Of a stretch of 64,000 nucleotides of DNA, positions 61,769-64,000 are shown piece after piece. The first letter of the stretch is position 1. Each line of letters opens with the position of its first letter. The stretch spans positions 235,538,001 through 235,602,000 of the forward strand of contig CM126203.1 in the NCBI GenBank assembly GCA_052327205.1, in the 5' to 3' direction. This DNA is from Somniosus microcephalus. Taxonomy: Eukaryota. The notes under the pieces are model-generated. The model had not been told where the DNA came from. It did no database searches and was given only the letters and a program-made list of their open reading frames with translations. A program made the translations under genes and the position numbers.

Positions 61769-64000
61769 ATGCTGAAGAGTGGCAGTATCACTGCTTTCGA
61801 CAACGAGGTAGAAGACTGGACCACGTATGTGGAAAGAATTGAAGTGTACTGCAATGCCAATGAGGTGGCCAATGGAAAGAAGGCGTCGGTATTATTAAAT
61901 TTAATGGACGCGAGAACGTACGGCCTATTGCGGAATTTAATTACCCCAGCTAAACCAATGGAGAAAAGTTTTGAAGAGATTGTTAATATCTTACAGGAAC
62001 ACCTAAACCCTACACCGCTGCTGACAGCACAAAGATGAGAACAATGCTGACTATCTTACGGAACTACGCAAGTTATCGAAGCACTGCCAGTTCGGAGCAG
62101 GTCTGGCAGACACCTTACGGGATAAGTTTGTCTGCGGGCTCCAGAGTGAAGGAACCCAGAAACGACTACTTTCGGAAAAGGACCAGACGATAGAACAGGC
62201 TTTCAGCGTGGCAGTATCCTACGAAGCAGCAGCACGGGGAGCTGCGGAAATACAACAGAAACCACAAGAATACAGCGCTAACGAAATGGCGTATGGAGCA
62301 GAAAAGTGCTATCGCTGCGGCAGAACAACCCATGATCAGAAGGACTGCTGGTTTAAGGACAAAGTATGCAGGCAATGCGGGAAAATGGGACATATAGCAA
62401 GAGTCTGCAGGTCGGGAAAGAAAACCAACACTACAAGAACTACTAAGGAAAAAGTACAAGAAAGTAAAAAAAAAAAACAGTAGTTCGGAAGATCAGGAGA
62501 GTGATAACGACTCCGGGAGCAGGAGACTAAGTTGTCTAAAGTTACACAACGTGATCGCAAAGGAGGATCACCGAACCATTTGGGTCACCCTCATGATAGC
62601 AGGGTCCCAAGTAAAGATGGAATTGGATACAGGATCAGCCCTAACTGTCATGAATCGACGAGACGCGGCTATTCTCACACATACCCTTAAAGGACATGTC
62701 CATTGTATTGAAGACATACACGGGGCAAAAAGTCTACCCCAGAGGTAAAATAAGGGTGCCAGTTAAATATAACGGCAAGGAAACACAGAAACTGTATCTA
62801 TATATACACAAGATGGAGGACCACCATTATTGGGACGTGAATGGATCCAAAAAATACAATTGGATTGGCATTCCATTCAGGCGCTAACTGTCAAAAAGGA
62901 TGATGACGTCACACCTGGACGACTGTCACAAATTCTAACTGACGCGAAAGAGGTGTTCCAACAAGGACTTGGGACTCTAAAAAGAGTAAAGGCAACGATA
63001 AAAAATCGAGGATAACGGAAACCCCAAAATTTTTTAAGGCCAGACCGGTGCCGTACGCGATCCGCCCAGCCGTCGAAGCAGAACTGGAGAGTCTGGAGCG
63101 TTCGGGTGTGCTGTCCAAGGTGGATTGGAGCGAGTGGGCCACACCCATCGTTCCTGTAATGAAGAAATCATTGAGCAGCACGCCTGGGGAGCCGAAGAAG
63201 GTTCGCATCTGTGGGGGCTTCAAGGTAACTGTGAACCCAGTCCTGCACACAGTACAATATCCACTTCCACGGATAGAAGATATTTTCGCCTCACTATCTG
63301 GAGGGAAACGCTTTACGAAGATTGATCTGGCACAAGCGTATCTACAAATGGAGGTGGAAGAAGCATCTAGGAAATACCTCACGATAAACACTCACAAAGG
63401 CCTTTACCAGTACAATCGACTGGTATTCGGGGTAGCATCAGCCCCGGCTATTTGGCAGAGGGCAATGGAACAAGTCCTGCAAGGGATCCCAGGGACCCAG
63501 TGTTATTTGGATGACGTCCTGGTGACGAGCGAAAATGACAGCGAACACCTTGCCAACCTGGAGCAGGTGCTCACTAGATTGCAGGAATATGGGCTACGAG
63601 CCAACCGCCCCAAATGAGAGTTCTTCAGGAGACAAATCTCGTATTGTGGCCACATGATTGATGAGGAAGGGTTGCATAAGTCGCCAGACAAGATTGAGCC
63701 TGTAGTCAAGGCTCCAGCACCGGAAAATGTGTCGCAACCGAGGTCGTTTCTCGGGCTGGTGAACTACTACCATAAGTTCTTGCCGAATTTATCTACAATT
63801 CTGCACCCACTGAACGCCCTGCTGCAAACTGGAGTAACATGGAAATGGAGTGAGGAGTGTAAGCGTGCCTTTCAGAAATGTAAATGCCTAATCACTTCAA
63901 AAGAAGTATTGGCCCACTACAACCCAACACTACCGATTCGGTTGGCATGTGATGAGTCGCCCTACGGCATTGGAGCGGTGCTGTCACACAAATTCCTTGA
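61769..64000 (+). pseudogene. Gypsy gag-pol with stops and frameshifts
   Basis: Gag WTTYVERIE. Two CCHC knuckles (CYRCGRTTHDQKDC, CRQCGKMGHIARVC). Protease LDTGS. RT YLDD. RNase H start LACDESPYGIGAVL. Confidence 0.9.

Larger units (their letters stand above)
61015..64000 (+). mobile_element. Ty3/Gypsy LTR retrotransposon, decayed, truncated by the window edge
   Basis: 5' LTR 61015-61190. PBS TGGCGACGAG 61192-61201 (complementary to the tRNA-Ser(GCU) 3' end). gag, protease and RT follow. Confidence 0.93.

Overview
Repeat-dense vertebrate genomic DNA, most likely from a cartilaginous fish (shark-type CR1 LINEs, an HE1/V-SINE, Penelope-like elements and Harbinger elements). No intact cellular protein-coding gene, RNA gene or CRISPR array is visible. 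Nearly all long ORFs are transposon-derived or are their antisense shadows. The window holds several nested insertion stacks: many CR1 copies (one full-length at 44211-48556, one young copy with an uninterrupted 522-aa RT ORF), a second LINE family with a partner tRNA-SINE, L2 relics, four Harbinger-type elements that keep the Myb/SANT gene but lack a recognisable transposase, four solo LTRs, a decayed Gypsy element running off the right edge, and two Penelope-like (PLE) loci. The most unusual structure is a head-to-head PLE palindrome (about 30655-35381, roughly 1.9 kb paired arms) carrying minimal hammerhead-ribozyme motifs. Its only two later insertions, a CR1 and a V-SINE, each landed in the stem-II loop of a hammerhead-like motif, and one has a 24-bp micro-inversion across its junction. 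Two small minus-strand exon candidates (37289-37364, 22000-22093) suggest the window lies in the 5' introns of a host transcript. Family names come from recalled motifs, not database searches. Boundaries without a stated TSD are approximate.
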